DNA from: Candidatus Hydrogenedentota bacterium
Lineage (GTDB): Bacteria > Hydrogenedentota > Hydrogenedentia > Hydrogenedentales > SLHB01
Length of the DNA stretch: 64,000 nt
Direction of reading: 5' to 3'
Assembly: GCA_029974275.1 (NCBI GenBank)
Contig: JARKSN010000316.1
Location: 17,459-81,458, forward strand
Shown: positions 39,052 to 49,159 of the stretch, one piece after another
Position numbering within the stretch: position 1 is the stretch's first letter
How the letters are laid out: every line of letters starts with the position of its first letter
Notes under the pieces: generated by a model
The model's database searches: none
The model's input: only the letters and a program-made list of their open reading frames with translations
Told to the model about the DNA's origin: nothing
Translations under genes and position numbers: made by a program

Positions 39052-39756
39052 ATGCGAGAACGGAAATCCGCCATGACCTCTCCCGAGAACGCCAGAAAGA
39101 GCAAGCGCTCTTTTTCCGCCCGCTTGGCCCGGAGCACGCGCACGCGCATGATCTCCGGCTTGTTGGTGCTCGTGCCCCTGGTGGTCACGTACTTTGTGCT
39201 CCAGTTCCTGTACAAAATGTCCGTGGGCACCTTGCTCCCCCTATTGAACAAGGTCGATCTGCAACTCCCCGAGTACGCCAAGCCCCCCGTGGCTCTGCTT
39301 GTCGTGTTTGTCGCGATTTATGTGGCGGGTCTTCTCGCGGGCAACTATGTGGGCCGCAAAGTGATTGCCTTGGGCGAGGCCATTCTCCGTCGCATTCCCG
39401 TAGTCAAGACGGTCTATTCCGCTTCAAAACAGGTTGTAGACACTTTCAGCATCAAGGACAAGCAAGGATTCAAACGAGTCGCCTTGGTCGAATATCCGCG
39501 ACCTGGCATCTACGCATTGGGGTTTGTGACCGGAGAGATCCGCCTTCCGGATGGACGGAACTGTTATATTGTATTCATACCGACCTCGCCTAACCCAACC
39601 TCGGGTTTTTTGGAGGCCGTGCCCATGAGCCAGGCGGAATTGCTCGACCTGTCGATCGAGGAGACGCTTCGGGTTGTCATGTCCGCCGGCATTTTATCGC
39701 CGGAGTCACTGGTTCGCGCCTCGGACGCATCTCCGGAGAAAACGGAGACGTCATGA
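39052..39756 (+). CDS. DUF502-family membrane protein
   Basis: [36 protein letters not shown]. Confidence 0.88.
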   Translation: MRERKSAMTSPENARKSKRSFSARLARSTRTRMISGLLVLVPLVVTYFVLQFLYKMSVGTLLPLLNKVDLQLPEYAKPPVALLVVFVAIYVAGLLAGNYVGRKVIALGEAILRRIPVVKTVYSASKQVVDTFSIKDKQGFKRVALVEYPRPGIYALGFVTGEIRLPDGRNCYIVFIPTSPNPTSGFLEAVPMSQAELLDLSIEETLRVVMSAGILSPESLVRASDASPEKTETS

Positions 39757-40166
39757 AATTCGCGACCGAGTATCTTTACTTCACGACCCAGCGAAAGCGC
39801 GAATACCTCAACATCACCCCCGCCGTCGAGGGCATTGTCGCCAAGAGCGGCGTGCGCGAGGGCATGGTCCTCGTGAGCGCGATGCACATCACGGCGGGCG
39901 TGTATGTCAACGATGCGGAATCAGGGCTTATCCAGGACATCGATGAATGGCTGGAGAATCTGGCCCCGTTCCGCTCGGACTACCGCCACCATCGCACGGG
40001 CGAAACGAACGGCGACGCGCATCTGAAAAGCCTGCTCATTCACCATGAAGTCGTTGTGCCCATCACCGAAGGCCGTCTCGACCTCGGACCATGGCAACAA
40101 ATCTACTATGCCGAGTTCGACGGCCAACGGCGCAAACGTTTGGTCGTCAAGGTCATGGGCGAGTAG
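39753..40166 (+). CDS. yjbQ: YjbQ (UPF0047) family protein
   Basis: [31 protein letters not shown]. Confidence 0.9.
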   Translation: MKFATEYLYFTTQRKREYLNITPAVEGIVAKSGVREGMVLVSAMHITAGVYVNDAESGLIQDIDEWLENLAPFRSDYRHHRTGETNGDAHLKSLLIHHEVVVPITEGRLDLGPWQQIYYAEFDGQRRKRLVVKVMGE

Positions 40167-40172
40167 CCTCGC

Positions 40173-41078
40173 ATGCCCAGCGTCAAAAAATCCTTCTATA
40201 CGACCGTCGATCACGATTTTGAGGTCGAACATGTCGAAGAAGTCGCGTGCAATCTCTGCCACGCGACGGCATACGACGTTTTGGCGCAAGAGCTGGGTTT
40301 TGACATCCGCGAATGCTCGAACTGCGGACTCGTGTACGTTTCCCCACAGCCCGCGGCGAATGAAATCAAGCGTTTCTACGAGGGCATGTACACCTCGCAA
40401 ACCGCCGCCGACGCCGCGACCCGTTCCATCGGCGCGGTCGAGCGCCATCTCAAGCGCGTGGTGCTTGCGCGGAAACCCGAGGGCGGACGCCTCCTCGAAA
40501 TTGGCTGCGGCTATGGGAATTTTTTGCGGCAGTTCGTGAGCCCGCGATGGACCTTGACCGGCGTCGAAACCGCAACCAATGCCCTGGCGCACGTGCGCAG
40601 GACTGTCCCCGGCGTGACGTTGGTCGAGGGAACCGTCGAAGAATCGGACTTTCCTCCGGCGAGCCAGGACTGCATCGTGATGATCGCGGTCCTCGAGCAC
40701 ATGAAAGACCCGAAAGGCGTGCTGGCGCGCGTCACGCGTTGGCTTGCTCCGGGCGGGCTCTTGCTCGTGCAAACGCCCTACATCGCAAACTTCATCCGGG
40801 CCAAACGCTGGTTTCCCAAGTTGCCGATACATTTTGAAGCGCCGCGGCATCTGTTCGATTTTTCGCCGTCGACATTGCCGCGATACTTTGCGGAAGCGGG
40901 CCTGCGCGACGTTCGCACGGAGATCGCGCGCCCGTATTCAAGCACGGGCCCTCTGGGCTCGCTGCTCATTTGGGGCGTCAAGGCGCCGGGTTTGTTGTTG
41001 TATGCGCTTACGGGAGGACGCTACGTGTATCCCTATTCGAGCGCCATTGTGGTGCACGGCGTGCGCGAACGCGCCTAG
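40173..41078 (+). CDS. Class I SAM-dependent methyltransferase with N-terminal zinc ribbon
   Basis: CNLC...CSNC, LLEIGCGYG, VLEH. Confidence 0.85.
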   Translation: MPSVKKSFYTTVDHDFEVEHVEEVACNLCHATAYDVLAQELGFDIRECSNCGLVYVSPQPAANEIKRFYEGMYTSQTAADAATRSIGAVERHLKRVVLARKPEGGRLLEIGCGYGNFLRQFVSPRWTLTGVETATNALAHVRRTVPGVTLVEGTVEESDFPPASQDCIVMIAVLEHMKDPKGVLARVTRWLAPGGLLLVQTPYIANFIRAKRWFPKLPIHFEAPRHLFDFSPSTLPRYFAEAGLRDVRTEIARPYSSTGPLGSLLIWGVKAPGLLLYALTGGRYVYPYSSAIVVHGVRERA

Positions 41079-41084
41079 ATCGCC

Positions 41085-42332
41085 GTGGGGAAGAAACAAG
41101 GAGACGCCACTGTGCAAGCTGTGATCATGGCTGCGGGTCAATCGACGCGCACCTACCCGTTGACCCTCACGCGGCCCAAGCCGCTGCTTCCGCTTCTGAA
41201 CAGGCCGGTGCTCGCACACCAGCTCGACGCGCTGCATGGAACCATCGACGAGGCGATCCTCGTCGTCGGCTACATGCGCGAACAAATCGAGACAGCATTT
41301 GGCGATGACTATCGCGGAATCCGCCTGCGGTACGTCGTGCAGGAAGAGCAGAAAGGCACGGGGCACGCAATTCTGCAGAGTGCGCCGCACATCAAAGGCC
41401 CCTTCCTCGCCATGAACGGAGACGACCTGTATGCCGCGACGGACCTTCGACGGTTGGCGGCGTCGGACGATCCCGCAGCTCTTGTGAAGCATGTCGAGGA
41501 CCCGCGGCTCTATGGCATCTACGAAGCGGACGGCGATGGTCGCGTCAAGCGTCTCGTCGAGAAACCTGCGGAGGTGTTCTCGACCCTGGCCAACGTGGGC
41601 GCATACCGCTTCGAGCCGTCCGTGTTCGACGTTTTGAAGCGCACGCAGCCCTCCGCGCGGGGAGAGATCGAGATCACATGCGCCATCCAGGCCCTCGCGG
41701 AACAGGCGACGTTCCGCGTCGTCGAAATGGAAAGCTACTGGCTTCCCATCGGGTATCCGTGGCATCTGCTCGACGCCAACGAATATCTGCTGAATGCCTG
41801 GCTCGAACATCGCATTGAAGGCGAAGTGAGCCCCGCCGCGCACATCAACGGACGCGTCAACATTGGCAAAGGAACCGTCGTCCGTTCTGGCGTCGTCATC
41901 GACGGGCCGGTCCTCATCGGCGAAAACTGCCATATTGGCCCCAACTGCTGGCTACGGCCCGGCGCCACGATTGGCAATCACTGCAAGGTTGGCCACGGCG
42001 TCGAGATCAAGAACTCGATCCTGATGGATCATGCCGCCGCGCCGCATCTCAACTATGTCGGCGACAGCATCATTGGCGAACGCACCAACCTTGGTTGCGG
42101 CACGGTGACCGCGAACGTCCGCCACGACGGAAAGAATATTGCGTCCGTTGTGAAAGGCGAAGTCATCGACAGCGGGCGCAGAAAACTGGGCGCCATCATC
42201 GGCGATCACGTGCATACGGGGATCAACACGTCCATCTACCCAGGCCGCAAGTTCTGGCCGCACACATACAGCTTTCCGGGCGAGGCCGTCCGCAAAGACG
42301 TCGTCGATACGCGCCGCACGCCGCAAAAATAA
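41085..42332 (+). CDS. Bifunctional sugar-1-phosphate nucleotidyltransferase/acetyltransferase (archaeal-type GlmU-like)
   Basis: MAAGQSTRTYPLT..RPKPL, RGEIEIT, hexapeptide repeats, HLNYVGDS, ANVRHD, GRRKLGAIIGD. Confidence 0.85.
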   Translation: MGKKQGDATVQAVIMAAGQSTRTYPLTLTRPKPLLPLLNRPVLAHQLDALHGTIDEAILVVGYMREQIETAFGDDYRGIRLRYVVQEEQKGTGHAILQSAPHIKGPFLAMNGDDLYAATDLRRLAASDDPAALVKHVEDPRLYGIYEADGDGRVKRLVEKPAEVFSTLANVGAYRFEPSVFDVLKRTQPSARGEIEITCAIQALAEQATFRVVEMESYWLPIGYPWHLLDANEYLLNAWLEHRIEGEVSPAAHINGRVNIGKGTVVRSGVVIDGPVLIGENCHIGPNCWLRPGATIGNHCKVGHGVEIKNSILMDHAAAPHLNYVGDSIIGERTNLGCGTVTANVRHDGKNIASVVKGEVIDSGRRKLGAIIGDHVHTGINTSIYPGRKFWPHTYSFPGEAVRKDVVDTRRTPQK

Positions 42333-42369
42333 GCCGTTGGGGGGCGTAACCGCCGAATGATCCGCTTCG

Positions 42370-42783
42370 CTAGGACTCTATCGAAGGATCCGAATCTGGG
42401 CGGTCATCCGGAAGGTTCAGGAGACTTTTCAGGGCGCCAAATGCTTGCATGCCCGAGGGGGGCGCCGCATCGCGATAGACGGCTGCGGCTCCCCGAGCGC
42501 CGGTGCGTTCATAGGCCTCGTGCGCATCGTCGTGACAGTACAAACACAGGAGCTCCCAATTGCTGCCATCGCTCGGGTTGTTCTTGTGATTGTTGTCTTT
42601 GTGGTGCACGGTGAGCTCGCGGAGGTTTTTCCCGGAAAATTCCCGGCCGCATCGGGCGCAAACATGGGGAAACAAAACAAGGGCCTGCTCACGATAGGCC
42701 GATTGCGATGGCGTCTTCTCGAACCGAAGAGCAGCGGGAGTCGCCTGTTTTTCCAGCTTCGAAGGTTTCCGTTTCTGCGGCAT
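42370..42783 (-). CDS. YajD-family HNH nuclease
   Basis: YREQAL..FPHVCARCGREF...LTVHHKD.NH.NNP.DGSNWELLCLYCHD. Confidence 0.88.
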   Translation of the reverse strand: MPQKRKPSKLEKQATPAALRFEKTPSQSAYREQALVLFPHVCARCGREFSGKNLRELTVHHKDNNHKNNPSDGSNWELLCLYCHDDAHEAYERTGARGAAAVYRDAAPPSGMQAFGALKSLLNLPDDRPDSDPSIES

Positions 42784-42812
42784 GAGTTTCTCCTGTTTCA
42801 CTCGGGCGGAGT

Positions 42813-43169
42813 CTACCCCATTATCGGTTTTTCGAACTCGACATCGCAGTAGAGGCAGCGGCTATGCCGCGACGACGAGACGCGATGGCAGACAGGACAT
42901 TCGACCGCCATCGCGGTCATGCGACCGTCCTGGACTCCGTCGCGCAAATCGATCTCGAGAGCCTTTTCTTCAAGCTGTCTGTCGGTAAGCTTGGCGCGTT
43001 CGCGCAGCAGTTCCCACAGAGCTTGATTGAGAAGTTGCAGACGCCCGATGGTCTGTTCCAACACGCGCATGCGCTGTTCAAGACTTGCGGTCTGGGAACG
43101 CGCCTGCGTGTCGGCCGTATTCGGCGCGGAGCCGCTTCCTGCATACCAGATGCCACCCATGCCTAACAT
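42813..43169 (-). CDS. Hypothetical protein (coiled coil + C-terminal zinc ribbon)
   Basis: ALWELL...IDLRDG..DG, CPVC...CLYC; GGAGG RBS. Confidence 0.7.
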   Translation of the reverse strand: MLGMGGIWYAGSGSAPNTADTQARSQTASLEQRMRVLEQTIGRLQLLNQALWELLRERAKLTDRQLEEKALEIDLRDGVQDGRMTAMAVECPVCHRVSSSRHSRCLYCDVEFEKPIMG

Positions 43170-43224
43170 GACGATTCCCTCCTTGTTTCAGCAGCGCCCA
43201 TCAGGTTGGCCGCGCATGCCGCTG

Positions 43225-44250
43225 TCAGAACAGTGCAGTCTGCTGCGGCGCCTCGGGCGGTTTAAGGCCGATGTGGACGTATGCGCGGGGCGTGGCGACG
43301 CGGCCCTGCTGGGTGCGCTTGATGAACCCAACTTGGATCAGAAACGGCTCATGGACTTCTTCAAGCGTCTGGGATTCCTCGCCCACCGCAACGGCTAGCG
43401 AGGAGAGTCCCACCGGGCCGCCATTGAATTTCTCAATCAGTGTATGCAGGATGGCGCGATCCATGTCGTCCAACCCAAGTTCATCGACGCGCAACAACCG
43501 CAACGCAGCGTCCGCCATTTCCTGCGTGATGGCGCCCGTTCCCTTCACCTGTGCATAGTCGCGCACGCGCCGCAACAGGCGGTTTGCAATACGCGCCGTG
43601 CCACGCGACCGCGACGCAATCTCCAGCGCGCCGTCGGAATCGATCGGCACATCGAGAATCCGTGCCGCACGAATAATGATCGCCTGCAACTCCTTCGGCG
43701 AATAGAACTCAAAACGGCACGTGTCGCCGAACCGCGCGCGCAACGGCGGCGTTAGTAGCCCCGCCCGCGTCGTCGCGCCAATCAACGTGAACGGCTTCAA
43801 CCCAATCTTCATCGAACGCGCCGTCGGCCCGCGCCCGAGCAAGATGTCCACCTCAAAATCCTCCATCGCCGAATACAGCGTTTCCTCGACGGCGTGGTTC
43901 AGGCGATGGATCTCGTCGATGAATAGAACGTCGTGCGCTTCAAGCCCCGTCAAGATCGCCGTCAGGTCCGCTTGCCGCTCGATGACCGGACCGGAAGTGG
44001 CCTTAAAGTCCACGCCCATCTCGTTCGCGAGAATACGTGCGAGCGTCGTCTTGCCCAGCCCCGGCGGGCCGTTCAGCAGCAGATGGTCGAGCGGCTCGTT
44101 GCGTCCCTTCGCCGCGAGAATCGCGATGCGCAGTTTTTCCTTGATCGGGTCCTGTCCCGGAAAATCCTCCAGCCGTTGCGGGCGGATCTGCTCGTCAAAC
44201 ACTGTCTCGTCCGACAGCGGTTTGGGATCGAGGACATCGTCCTGTGACAT
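43225..44250 (-). CDS. ruvB: Holliday junction branch migration helicase RuvB
   Basis: [44 protein letters not shown]. Confidence 0.97.
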   Translation of the reverse strand: MSQDDVLDPKPLSDETVFDEQIRPQRLEDFPGQDPIKEKLRIAILAAKGRNEPLDHLLLNGPPGLGKTTLARILANEMGVDFKATSGPVIERQADLTAILTGLEAHDVLFIDEIHRLNHAVEETLYSAMEDFEVDILLGRGPTARSMKIGLKPFTLIGATTRAGLLTPPLRARFGDTCRFEFYSPKELQAIIIRAARILDVPIDSDGALEIASRSRGTARIANRLLRRVRDYAQVKGTGAITQEMADAALRLLRVDELGLDDMDRAILHTLIEKFNGGPVGLSSLAVAVGEESQTLEEVHEPFLIQVGFIKRTQQGRVATPRAYVHIGLKPPEAPQQTALF

Positions 44251-44254
44251 GTGC

Positions 44255-44998
44255 TTACCTTTGTTTCCGGGCCCGAATACACAGAAAAACGGGGCGACGC
44301 CGTTCATCCAGCAACTCCGGCTGGGCGGCTTCCGCCTCGGGCGTTGCATGGGGTTCCAACAGACGATCAAGAACAAAGCCGTTGTCCGCCAACGCATTCA
44401 CCCACGTGCCTATCGTGCGATGATATTTCACCACACCCCGCACGATCCAGTCTATTTCACGCCGGCCTTCTTCATGATAATGGTCCAACGCCCAAAACAA
44501 CCGCGTCCCGTTTTCGTCACAAAACCAGGACGAACCCCGCGGATTCCGGGTCGCCGTCACAACGGGATGCTCGGTCGAAAACACCAACACGCCACCCGGC
44601 GCTAAGCAACGATGCACCCGAGCGAGCATCGCGCCAAGGTCCTCCACGTAATGAAACATGAGCGAACTCACGATCACGTCATACGCATGCTCTGGTTCAT
44701 CCAACTCCTCGACGGCCTCCTGCCGAAACGACACGCCGTCAAGCCCGCGCGACGCCGCAACGACCAACATCCGTTCGGACAGGTCAATGCCAACCACCGA
44801 TGCCGCGCCCTGCGCTCGCAGATATGCACACATCCCGCCCGTGCCGCATCCAAGGTCCAGTACCCGTCGCCCCGCCACGTCCGGCAACAACGAACGTACA
44901 GCGGGATCGTCGATGACAGTGTTGAAAGAGAGCGGATTTTCGCGTAATCGTGCGTACCCGTCGAAAAAGTCAGGGTTGTCGTAGATGTTTTGTTGCAT
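44255..44998 (-). CDS. Class I SAM-dependent methyltransferase
   Basis: [37 protein letters not shown]. Confidence 0.88.
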   Translation of the reverse strand: MQQNIYDNPDFFDGYARLRENPLSFNTVIDDPAVRSLLPDVAGRRVLDLGCGTGGMCAYLRAQGAASVVGIDLSERMLVVAASRGLDGVSFRQEAVEELDEPEHAYDVIVSSLMFHYVEDLGAMLARVHRCLAPGGVLVFSTEHPVVTATRNPRGSSWFCDENGTRLFWALDHYHEEGRREIDWIVRGVVKYHRTIGTWVNALADNGFVLDRLLEPHATPEAEAAQPELLDERRRPVFLCIRARKQR

Positions 44999-45058
44999 GT
45001 GGATAGCTCCTGCGAATGTCGCGAGGGACTCACGCCACGGGTTCAAGAAGCGGTACGC

Positions 45059-45661
45059 TCACACCTTCGCCATGGAGCGAAGCGCCGTTTTCAGAACATC
45101 TTCATCGGCGGCATCTGGCCCAAGTTTCTTGCGGGCGGATTGGGCGGCTCTTTTTGCCTCGCCGAGGGTGCAGCCGAGCGAACACAATGCGGCGACGACA
45201 TCGTCCGTGTCGGCATCCTCTGCGCTTTCGGGCGCGCCGAGGATGGCGTCGAGTTCGGCGTCCTGACCGAGTTTGGCCTTCATTTCGAGGACGATGCGTT
45301 GGGCCATCTTCTTGCCGATGCCGCTGATTTTGGTGAGCGCGGTGACGTCGTTCTGTTGCACGGCGCGCCCAAACTCTGCCACGCTCACGCCGGACAACAC
45401 GGCCAGCGCGACCTTCGGTCCGACGCCTGTCACGCCGAGCAGCATGCGGAACAACGTCCGCTCGTCCTCGCGCAGGAAGCCGAAGATCTGGAACGCGTCC
45501 TCCCGGATGTAGCAGTGCGTCAATAGCGTGACGGTCTGGTCTTCAGTGACGCGCCGTTGCGTCGAGCCCGGCACCCAGACCTCATACCCCACGCCGCCGA
45601 CGTCGAGTTCGACATGTGCTAGCGCTTTGCGCGCCACTGTACCTCGTAGAAATGCAAACAT
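45059..45661 (-). CDS. ruvA: Holliday junction DNA-binding protein RuvA
   Basis: FLRG, GGVGYEV, REDA..IFGF, HhH motifs GVGPKVA and GIGKKMA. Confidence 0.96.
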   Translation of the reverse strand: MFAFLRGTVARKALAHVELDVGGVGYEVWVPGSTQRRVTEDQTVTLLTHCYIREDAFQIFGFLREDERTLFRMLLGVTGVGPKVALAVLSGVSVAEFGRAVQQNDVTALTKISGIGKKMAQRIVLEMKAKLGQDAELDAILGAPESAEDADTDDVVAALCSLGCTLGEAKRAAQSARKKLGPDAADEDVLKTALRSMAKV

Positions 45662-45699
45662 GACCGTATGGTAGCCAGGCGCACGCAGGAAGTCCAGCA

Positions 45700-45735
45700 G
45701 TGGAGGGGAAGCGGCTTGTGGAGGGGAAGCGGCTT
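45700..45735. repeat. Perfect 18-bp tandem duplication in a divergent promoter region
   Basis: GTGGAGGGGAAGCGGCTT twice, head to tail. Confidence 0.9.
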
Positions 45736-45736
45736 G

Positions 45737-45765
45737 TTGACCGCCAAGGCGCGCGGAGATAGACT
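45737..45765 (+). promoter_or_regulatory. Sigma70-type promoter (probably leaderless transcript)
   Basis: TTGACC-17 bp-TAGACT, 5 nt before ATG 45771. Confidence 0.6.
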
Positions 45766-45770
45766 TAGGC

Positions 45771-46859
45771 ATGCGTCGTTTGTTGCTCCTATTCATGATG
45801 CTTGCGCCGTTCGTTGCGATGGCGGAGGAGATGGTCGCCAATCCTGGCTTCGAGGACATCATTGGCGATATGCCGGCGCGTTGGCATATTTTTGTGCAGC
45901 CGATGGAAGGCGCTCACGGAGCGCTGGATGCCAAAGTCGCCCATGAAGGCCGTTGTTCGATCCGCTTGCACAACCCGCGCCGCTACGAGAAAGAACCCGC
46001 CAACAATTGGAGCCAGAACATCATGCGCGGTTTGGGCGGACGCGTCCTGGTCGTCAAGGGATTCATCAGGACCCAGACCGCGACCGAGGCCTCCATTTGG
46101 CTTCAGTGCTGCAAGAAGAAACCTTGGACGGTCCTTAGCCTTTCGAGCACGGATGATGCGACGCCCATATACGGCACCCGTGACTGGGCCCCTGTGGAAA
46201 TGCGCGTCGAGACGCCGGCCAACACGGAATGCTTGGTGGTGCGTTGCGTCCTGAAGGGGCAGGGCACGGCATGGTTTGACGACATCAGCGTTGAAGACGC
46301 AGGTCCCGCGCACGAATCCGCCCCCCCAACAACCAGCGAACCGCCATCCGCCGCCGCGGCCGCTTCGGACGGCTCCCTCTCGAACCCGGCGAAACCAAAA
46401 GTGGAACCCTTGATTCCGGTAGCGCCAATGCCGCCAAAGCAGCCGGAGCTTCCCGCCGTCCCTGAGGTGTCAGATGCGGCGGTTTCATGGACGAAACCGA
46501 CTTCGCCGTTGGTTCCAATTCCGAAAAAGAAGTCGGAGGCTTCTTTCGAAGCGCTGGGGGATCCAGCGGTCGATCGGGACACGAGCGCATGGTCAACAGA
46601 TAGCGAGTGGCGCCGTGCGTATAAAGCGGTGGAGTCCGCCAACGCAGCGCTCAGACGCAGGAACGAGGACCTCGAACGCCAGGTGGCGGAACTACACAAA
46701 CAGTTGCAGGCCGTGCAGAGCGATGTGAGGAAACTGCAGGACCGGCACGTCGCCGAAGCGACGCTCGATCCGCCTTCCAATGCGCGGCCAACGCCGTTTC
46801 TTGCCCCCCAAGACGATCCATTGCTGACGCCGCACGCCGATCCAGAGGAGCGACCCTAA
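45771..46859 (+). CDS. Secreted protein: galactose-binding-like (CBM4/9-type) domain, Pro-rich linker, coiled coil
   Basis: Signal peptide; NPGFE ... GTAWFDDISV domain boundaries; heptad-rich C-terminus. Confidence 0.7.
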   Translation: MRRLLLLFMMLAPFVAMAEEMVANPGFEDIIGDMPARWHIFVQPMEGAHGALDAKVAHEGRCSIRLHNPRRYEKEPANNWSQNIMRGLGGRVLVVKGFIRTQTATEASIWLQCCKKKPWTVLSLSSTDDATPIYGTRDWAPVEMRVETPANTECLVVRCVLKGQGTAWFDDISVEDAGPAHESAPPTTSEPPSAAAAASDGSLSNPAKPKVEPLIPVAPMPPKQPELPAVPEVSDAAVSWTKPTSPLVPIPKKKSEASFEALGDPAVDRDTSAWSTDSEWRRAYKAVESANAALRRRNEDLERQVAELHKQLQAVQSDVRKLQDRHVAEATLDPPSNARPTPFLAPQDDPLLTPHADPEERP

Positions 46860-47035
46860 TGATCCAGTTTCTCTTGCTTGTCGTTATCGCAATCATTTTT
46901 GGGGCGGTTGCTGGGGGAATTGTCTGGCATTCGTGGACCATACTGGACAAGGTGTTGCCTCCCGCGGCGGAAACCGATCCTGAGGAACCTTCCCCGCGAA
47001 GGCCGCGCGACGGCGAGAAGACCCGGGGGAAATAG
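46859..47035 (+). CDS. Small single-pass membrane protein (58 aa, absent from the ORF track)
   Basis: TAATG overlap with upstream stop; MIQFLLLVVIAIIFGAVAGGIVW followed by a charged tail. Confidence 0.6.
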   Translation: MIQFLLLVVIAIIFGAVAGGIVWHSWTILDKVLPPAAETDPEEPSPRRPRDGEKTRGK

Positions 47036-47067
47036 GCCATGCTCATCAGAACGGCACGAGACCGCAG

Positions 47068-47253
47068 ATGAATTCCGATCGGAAACCGCGTCCCTATATC
47101 GGGGTGCATTTCAAGTGTTGCAACGTCTACATTCGCGTCTATCTCGACCGTTTCGGCAGGACATTCAGCGGCCATTGCCCCAAGTGCATGCGCAGAATCG
47201 AGATCAAAGTCGGCCCCGGCGGCAGCGCATCGCGCTTCTGGACAGCGAAATGA
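47068..47253 (+). CDS. Small zinc-binding hypothetical protein
   Basis: GVHFKCCNVY...GHCPKC...GPGG..RFW; fills the gap to the convergent gene. Confidence 0.65.
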   Translation: MNSDRKPRPYIGVHFKCCNVYIRVYLDRFGRTFSGHCPKCMRRIEIKVGPGGSASRFWTAK

Positions 47254-47271
47254 TGGCGCGTTCGCAACCCA

Positions 47272-48162
47272 TCACGCCCCGATATCCAGGGTGGGCCCTG
47301 TTTTTGACAGACGTTCCGCACGCAGTTCCGGATGGACCCTGTACGCTTCGAGCACTTCATGCGTCCGGACTTCCGGCCATGTCATGTCTGCCAATCGGTC
47401 GATCAAGGCTGTGTCGTCTTTCGTGAAGGCGTTTTCCGGCCGGTCGATCATTGGGGCGCTGTCCCACGGGAAAAACTCGAGTTTGTTGAGACACATAACG
47501 TCGCGGACCACATTCGCCCGAACGTAGTGGATGCCCCAGACGTTCAACATGCCGCACAGATTCGGGTCCGTCATGCCGGTTCGGCAGCGCCGCCACATAT
47601 CCCCGGCCACCGCGAAACGATCGGGCTGCAAATCATAGGGATCGAATGCGATGCGGAATGCGGCGCGATGCAAGTCGTCGATTTGCGCATCGACAAGCAC
47701 CCATCGTCGCTGGGCGACGTCCCAATACTCCGCCACCCAGTGATCGCCGAACTTCCCCTTGTGAAAATACGCCTCGAATCCGCAGCGCACGCGCGCCGGA
47801 ACGCCCTGACTGCGCAATATCGAACAGAGCAGCACGGAGAAATGGCGGCAGCTTGCGACAAGGCGGCGCTCGGGAGGGCGCTGAATCCAAAACGGAGCCG
47901 GATCATGCGCGAGCAGAGCCGGAAGCAGCGCGGCCGTCTCGGCGATCTGCACCTCCTGCATCCGGTCTTCCGGAACCAGGAAGCCATATTTTTTGGCGTG
48001 AAACACATGGATGAGGAGGCCTTGCAACATCGCGCAAAGCGCGGGTGCGTCATGCGGGAGACCCTGATACAAATGCGCAAACGGCCCGGGATCGGTAATC
48101 GGGCTATGTTCGCGATAAAAATCGGACGAATCAAGGTTCATGATCGTTCCCTGCTGCATCAC
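47272..48162 (-). CDS. Transglutaminase-like domain protein
   Basis: SCRHFS (Cys), PARVRCGF, DHWVAEYW (His), W.LVDAQ (Asp). Confidence 0.85.
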   Translation of the reverse strand: MMQQGTIMNLDSSDFYREHSPITDPGPFAHLYQGLPHDAPALCAMLQGLLIHVFHAKKYGFLVPEDRMQEVQIAETAALLPALLAHDPAPFWIQRPPERRLVASCRHFSVLLCSILRSQGVPARVRCGFEAYFHKGKFGDHWVAEYWDVAQRRWVLVDAQIDDLHRAAFRIAFDPYDLQPDRFAVAGDMWRRCRTGMTDPNLCGMLNVWGIHYVRANVVRDVMCLNKLEFFPWDSAPMIDRPENAFTKDDTALIDRLADMTWPEVRTHEVLEAYRVHPELRAERLSKTGPTLDIGA

Positions 48163-48174
48163 TCCACGCTCGAA

Positions 48175-49080
48175 TCAACTGCTGGGGCCGGCGCGGCGCG
48201 AATCCCGCTGGAGCGACTGAAGAAACTCGGGATCAAGCGAAATGCCAAGCCGCTGACATTCGCGCACGGCCTGCCACGCACGGTCGTAGTCCTTCCGTTT
48301 CCAATAGGCCACCGCCAGGCCCTTGCGCACGGACGGATTCTTGCGATCGTACGCAAGCGCGGTAAGCCATGTCGTGAGCGCATTGTCGTACTGCTCAAGA
48401 TTGAAATAGCAGAGCCCCAAGTTGTAGTAGTCGTCCGCGAAACCTGGATCCAGATCGATCAAGCGCTTAAACGCCGCGATGCCTTCCTTATAGCGTTCGG
48501 TGCGGTACAAGACCTTGGCCAGTTCCGCGTTCACGTCGACGTCCTCAGGCTTCATCGCGGACAACCGTTGCAGCGGTTCGAGCAATTCTCCCGGATCGCC
48601 GTCAAGAAGAAGAACCACCATATTCTGGAGAGTCACCTCGTCGTTTGGCTGAATGTCCAACGCTGCGCGGTAGGCCGCGAGGGCCTCATCGCGCTTTCCG
48701 AGGTTGCGTAAGCACAAGCCCTTGTTGCATAGGGCCGCCATGTGCTGCGGGTCTAGCCGCGCCGCCTCGTCGTAATGGACGCAAGCCTCCTCAAAACGCT
48801 TTTGATCGAACAGAGCGTTGCCCAAACGATAATGCGCGCCGGCGTCATCGGGAGAAGATTTTACAGCGTCTTCGAGCGCCTTGAACTCTTTGGCGGCATG
48901 GGTCTGACTCATGGATTGCGGCGCGGTTTCGTGCGTGCGCGATTCCCTACGGTGCAGGTCGCGCGCGGCTTGCGGCCGAGTGGGGGTGGCGCACCCTGTA
49001 AGGATCATGATCGCCGCGAAGCCAAGGATCCACAATCCGCTCCCTGCAATTCGATTGGCCGCTTTCCTGCCGATACACAT
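48175..49080 (-). CDS. TPR-repeat lipoprotein
   Basis: AGAGGAG RBS, lipobox LTGC, multiple TPRs (AHYRLGNAL, YYNLGLCY). Confidence 0.82.
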   Translation of the reverse strand: MCIGRKAANRIAGSGLWILGFAAIMILTGCATPTRPQAARDLHRRESRTHETAPQSMSQTHAAKEFKALEDAVKSSPDDAGAHYRLGNALFDQKRFEEACVHYDEAARLDPQHMAALCNKGLCLRNLGKRDEALAAYRAALDIQPNDEVTLQNMVVLLLDGDPGELLEPLQRLSAMKPEDVDVNAELAKVLYRTERYKEGIAAFKRLIDLDPGFADDYYNLGLCYFNLEQYDNALTTWLTALAYDRKNPSVRKGLAVAYWKRKDYDRAWQAVRECQRLGISLDPEFLQSLQRDSRRAGPSS

Positions 49081-49159
49081 GCACTTCCGCTCCTCTTTGG
49101 AGATGCTTCGCGCTGATCGCGATGACACGCATGCTGGATTTCCCATGCGCATCACTACA

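Noticed and set aside
44998..45006. DnaA-box-like TGTGGATAG (also TTATCCACT near 63035)
   Set aside because: Isolated single-mismatch matches with no cluster or AT-rich unwinding element; not oriC
47332..48711. Long + strand ORF (459 aa) and similar long antisense ORFs (3130-4542, 8669-9991, 13593-14780, 52712-54313)
   Set aside because: Shadow frames opposite well-supported genes in high-GC DNA; no recognisable motifs
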